Shown here piece after piece: positions 47,152 through 51,216 of a stretch of 51,216 bases of DNA. The notes under the pieces were generated by a model that had not been told where the DNA came from, made no database searches, and saw only the letters and a list, made by a program, of their open reading frames with translations. Within the stretch, counting starts at the first letter, position 1. Each line of letters begins with the position of its first letter. Source of the DNA: Fonticula alba ATCC 38817 (lineage: Eukaryota > Protista > Nucleariida); the NCBI GenBank assembly GCA_000388065.2, contig KB932217.1; one strand, given 5' to 3'. The translations under genes and the position numbers were made by a program.

Positions 47152-49139
47152 CTCTTTCTTTTTCTCTCTTTCTTTCTCTCTCTTTCTTTCTCTGCTTCTC
47201 TCTTTCTTTCTTTCTCTCTTTCTTTCTTTCTCTCTTTCTTTCTCTCTTTCTTTCTTTCCTTTTTTTTCTTTCTTTCTTTCTTTCCTTTTTTTTCTCCTCC
47301 TCCTTCTCCCTCTCTTTCCCTCTCTTTCCCTCTCTTTCCCTCCCCCTCTCTCCCTCTCCCTCCCTCTCCCTCCCTCTCCCTCCCNNNNNNNNNNNNNNNN
47401 NNNNNNNNNNNNNNNNNNNNNNNNNNNNNNNNNNNNNNNNNNNNNNNNNNNNNNNNNNNNNNNNNNNNNNNNNNNNNNNNNNNNNNNNNNNNNNNNNNNN
47501 NNNNNNNNNNNNNNNNNNNNNNNNNNNNNNNNNNNNNNNNNNNNNNNNNNNNNNNNNNNNNNNNNNNNNNNNNNNNNNNNNNNNNNNNNNNNNNNNNNNN
47601 NNNNNNNNNNNNNNNNNNNNNNNNNNNNNNNNNNNNNNNNNNNNNNNNNNNNNNNNNNNNNNNNNNNNNNNNNNNNNNNNNNNNNNNNNNNNNNNNNNNN
47701 NNNNNNNNNNNNNNNNNNNNNNNNNNNNNNNNNNNNNNNNNNNNNNCCCCCTCCCACAGGGTGAAATCCGCTGTACCGCCTTCAACGAGACGGCCGAGTA
47801 CCTGAACCAAGTGATCGCCGTGGGCAAGGTCTTTTCCGTGTCGCGCTGCCGTGTGGTCGATGCCAAGAAGCAGTTCTCCGGCCTGGCACACAACTTCGAG
47901 ATCAGCATCGACAATTCGTCGGACGTGGTGGAGCAGGACTCCGCCGACTCCAGCATCCCCCAGGACAGCATGACCTTCGTCAAGTATTCCCAGCTGCCGG
48001 AGACGGAGAAGAACACCAATGTCGATGTCATCGGTGTCATCCGCCGGGTGGAGGCCCCGGTGGAGATTGTCTCCCGCGCCAAGAACCGCACCTTCATCAA
48101 GCGCGACGTGGAGCTGGTCAATGACGAGCTCATTTCCGTCATCCTGACCGTGTGGGGCGAAACGGTGGAGCAATTTTCCGAGAGCAGCATCGGGTCCATT
48201 GTGGCCGTCAAGAGTGCCCGTGTCGGGGACTTCGGCGGCCGGTCCCTGTCCGTGGGGTTCGCCTCGTCGGTGCTCTTTAATCCCAACTCCCCGGCCGCCG
48301 AGCGCCTGATGACCTGGTGGAAGACCGTCGGCGAGGGGGCCTCCTTCGTGTCGATCTCCTCCGATGGCGGCGGGTCCGGCGGGGGCGCCGGCTCGCGCGT
48401 GCCCAGCAACCTCGCCACCCGGCCGCTGTGTGCCCTGCGGGACGAGCAGATCGGCGAGAGCGGCCCCGAGGTGGTGGCCGTCAAGGCCACCGTCACCGTC
48501 GTCAAGACCGACGGCACCCTCCTGTATGCCGCCTGCCCGAACACCACCACCTGCCGCGGCAACAAGGTGATCTCCGAGGCGCCGGGGCAATTCCGCTGCC
48601 CCAACTGCAATGTCGTTCACGCGACCCCGGCCCATCGGTACGTCCTGTGGGTCTCGGCCTTGGCCGTGTCGCTGTCTGGTCCTTTGTCTCTTTCTGCCTC
48701 TTTTTGTCCCTCCTTGTCTCTTTTTGTCCCTCCTTGTCTCTTTTTGTCCCTCCTTGTCCCTTTTTGTCCCTCCTTGTCCCTCTTTGTCCCCCCTCCCCCT
48801 CCTCCCTCTCACACACATATGCGCCACAGTTTTATTCTCCCCCTCAGCATGGCCGACATGACCGGGTCCATTTGGGCCACGTCCTTCGACAACACTGCCA
48901 CCCTGCTGACCGGCACCACGGCCGATCATGTGGAGGAGCTGCGCACCGCCGGCGACATGTCCTTCGTCACCTACTTCAAGAACTTCACCTTCCGCGAGTT
49001 CAACTTCGTCCTGCGCGCGCGGCTGGACTCCCTCAATGAGGAGATGCGCGTCCGGTGCCACATCAACGCCGTGGAGCCGGTGAACTTCCGCAACGAATCC
49101 CTCAAGACCCTGGAGCTGATCAACCAGTATTCCCTGTGA
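46048..49139 (+). CDS. RPA1: Replication protein A 70-kDa subunit (623 aa)
   Basis: Exons 46048-46210, 46335-46428, 46574-47000, 47760-48637, 48830-49139; total 1872 nt. DBD-A (PIASISRFLNKWTICGRVTVKS...FSFNLLDSSGEIRCTAFN), DBD-B (VDVIGVI...VAVKSARVGDFGGRSLS), DBD-C with C4 zinc finger (YAACPNTTTC...FRCPNC), ending ELINQYSL. Confidence 0.95.
47107..47384. repeat. CT-rich microsatellite in RPA1 intron 3, running into gap 47385-47746
   Basis: TTTC/TCTC units. Confidence 0.9.
48683..48790. repeat. TTTGTCCCTC-type 10/20-bp repeat in RPA1 intron 4
   Basis: TTTTTGTCCCTCCTTGTCTC units inside intron 48638-48829. Confidence 0.85.
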
Positions 49140-49473
49140 GGGCATCCTCCCTGCCCCCGCGCCCTTCCCGCCGGGCCGCCGGCCGTCTCCCTCCCCTCCC
49201 TGTGAGCCGGATCGTGCCTCGGCCTCGCTCAAAATAAACCCCCCGTGCTGATGTGCTGCCCGCGCGCCGTGTCGGTGTGCATGCCGGCGTGCCACCTCCC
49301 CTGCCTCCCATGGTGACGGCGATCCTCTCGGGATGCGATCGCGCAAGTGNNNNNNNNNNCCCCCTCCTCCCCTGCTCTTGCCGCCGCCGCCGCCGCCCCC
49401 CGTCCCCGCTCCTCCTTCTCCTGCCTCCCCTGCCGCTTGGCATTCCCCACAAGAGCCAACACCAAAAGAGATC

Positions 49474-49962
49474 ATGTCGGCCATTGGCTCGCGCGTCTTC
49501 CAAACAATCCAGCCCTTCTCGGCCCAGGTGTTCGGCCTGGGCTTCCTGGCACAGCTGGTGGCACTGGTGCTGCCGTGGGCCGAGGCCGAGGGCCTGCGCC
49601 CGGAGCGCGATCTCCTGACCCCCTTCCATGTGGCCGTGTCGCTGGTGGCCCTGCACCTGCTGCCGCAGCGCTTCGACCGCCGGGAGATCCTCGGCGTGGA
49701 CCCGGCCGCGCGTCGCGAAATCCGCCGGTGCCTGTACTCCGTGCACAAGTGGCCCTACCTGCTGGCCGGCATGCTGTGCTTCTCCCTCGGCGCCCTGACC
49801 ATTTGGTTCAACATGTATGGCGCCCTGCTGTGTCTCGCCGGCCTGGGCCTGGCCTCGGTGGCCCTGATCTGGAGCCGGCGCATGGTCCTCAGCGTCGGCA
49901 TGGCGGTGGCCACCTTCGGCACCACGTGCATCATGTATGACCATTGGATGGCCACGCCGTAA
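49474..49962 (+). CDS. Small multi-pass membrane protein of unknown function (162 aa)
   Basis: Single exon with strongly C/G-ending codons; four to five hydrophobic stretches (VFGLGFLAQLVALVLPW, FHVAVSLVALHLL, YLLAGMLCFSLGALTIWF, GALLCLAGLGLASVALIW, MVLSVGMAVATFGTTCIMY). Confidence 0.8.
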   Translation: MSAIGSRVFQTIQPFSAQVFGLGFLAQLVALVLPWAEAEGLRPERDLLTPFHVAVSLVALHLLPQRFDRREILGVDPAARREIRRCLYSVHKWPYLLAGMLCFSLGALTIWFNMYGALLCLAGLGLASVALIWSRRMVLSVGMAVATFGTTCIMYDHWMATP

Positions 49963-51216
49963 GGCCGGGCGCCTGCCGCCCTGTCCCCCCCCCCCCGCGC
50001 GCTCCCCCGGTGTTCCGCTCTTTCTCTCTGTGCCCTTCTCCCCCTGACCGGCCCCTGCTGGCGAGGTGGCGGCCGCTCCCAGCCGTGCGAGCCTGCGCCC
50101 GCCCGCCCGCCCGCCTCCAGGCCACGCCCGCGTGTCCGTCCCACAGGGGGGGGGGGGACCGGCCGGGGGGAGGCGAATATATATGAAAATGGCCCCACTC
50201 ATGGTTCTTTCTGCCCTGCTGGCTCTTTTGCGTGTCTGCATGTGCCGTGTGTCTCTCTATTCGCATGGGGGGGGGGGTAGTATGCACTGCGATCTTCTCG
50301 CGCACCGACACGTGCTTTCGCCTGCCGGCCGGGCCACCAAACACCGGGGATGCGCCGCACTCCCCCGACGCGGCGGGATGCGTCCTCCTCGCATGCAAAC
50401 ATAACATCACACGCACAGAGATGTATCTCCCCTCCCTGTCCCAACACACACAAATACATGATCGTGCCCCGCGAGAGGCGCCAGCCCCGCCTCCCCCGGG
50501 CGGCTACATCGGGCCACTCCGCGCGCCGGGGCGGCCCCGGGCACCCTCAACCATGTGCGCGCGTGCTCCCTGCCATGGTGCTGGTGGCCCCCAGTGGCGA
50601 GCCCCGCATTTTGCGCGCGCCCACGCCCCCACCCGTGCGAGGCGTCGCGCCCTGGTGGCGAGAATGCGTGTGACCAGCGGGTCGGCATGGCGGGGGGGGG
50701 TCTCTCCCGCGAGAGGATGGGGCTGGCCAAGCCCGGGGGGCCCTGGGCGCGGCCGGCGCCGCAAGGCGTGCGCCAGTGGGTGCACCTGTGGGCGCGCGAA
50801 AATCCCACCGACATGTGCCTGCGGGGAGCCGGGATCGCCCCGACACCTGCCTGCAGGGAGCCGGGATCTCGCTGCCCCGGGGCCGATCGCCCCACCGCGA
50901 GGGCAGAGGCGCACAGGCCGGTGTGTCGCGTGTCGGCCCCATCCCAACCGCCGGGGGGGCCGGAAGGGCCGGGAGAGACCACAACGACGGCGTGGCGCCA
51001 CGGCCCCGGTTGCGTCACGTGCAGGCGCGTGGCGCCACGCCTGGCCGTTGTGGCGCGCCGAGCTGCCCACCCAGCGGCCGGCCGCCTTTGAATCGCCAGC
51101 GCGGACGGAGCTTGAAAACCCCTCGGGCAGGTGGGCCCACCGGCTCGGGCGGTGGCCTCCAGCCAGACCTTGCGCGTTCCTCCCTCGCCCTCCCCGATCT
51201 TCATTCGCCGTTCCCC

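Noticed and set aside
35662-49139. PP4R1-like, SAE1 and RPA1 as a DNA-damage gene cluster
   Set aside because: Three broadly acting housekeeping genes; adjacency is plausible by chance and there is no evidence of co-regulation or conserved synteny.
50173-50404. Short ORF with a hydrophobic start (MKMAPLMVLSALLALL)
   Set aside because: No codon bias, overlaps TG-rich low-complexity sequence and has no supporting exon chain.
1-51216. rRNA, spliceosomal snRNA, tRNA-Sec and transposon signatures
   Set aside because: I looked by eye for conserved 5S, U1, U2, U4, U5, U6 and tRNA-Sec motifs, terminal repeats and RT/transposase catalytic motifs and found none; divergent copies could be missed without Infernal or HMM searches.

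Overview
Eukaryotic, very GC-rich, intron-containing genomic window with five N-gaps. The combination of furin-repeat receptor kinases, GTGCG intron donors and CA/CT intronic microsatellites most resembles the holomycotan amoeba Fonticula alba (inference, not verified). Most ORFs in the supplied track are spurious; I rebuilt genes by hand from splice sites and reading phase. Supported content: six intronless tRNA genes (Ala-AGC, Arg-ACG, Ser-AGA, iMet-CAT, Gly-GCC, Gln-CTG), a 14-exon ARM-like repeat gene, a 1715-aa signal peptide/furin-like repeat/TM/non-RD kinase receptor, a STE20-family kinase with a huge low-complexity tail, a rhodanese protein, a 2221-aa PP4R1-like HEAT protein, the 3' half of an SAE1/Aos1-like E1 subunit, RPA1, a small membrane protein and several weak hypothetical genes. 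The most striking structure is the ARM-like gene (12201-15785, minus): each internal exon encodes one repeat, all introns are phase 1 and 8 of 12 internal exons are exactly 129 nt. No rRNA, CRISPR array or recognisable transposon was found.
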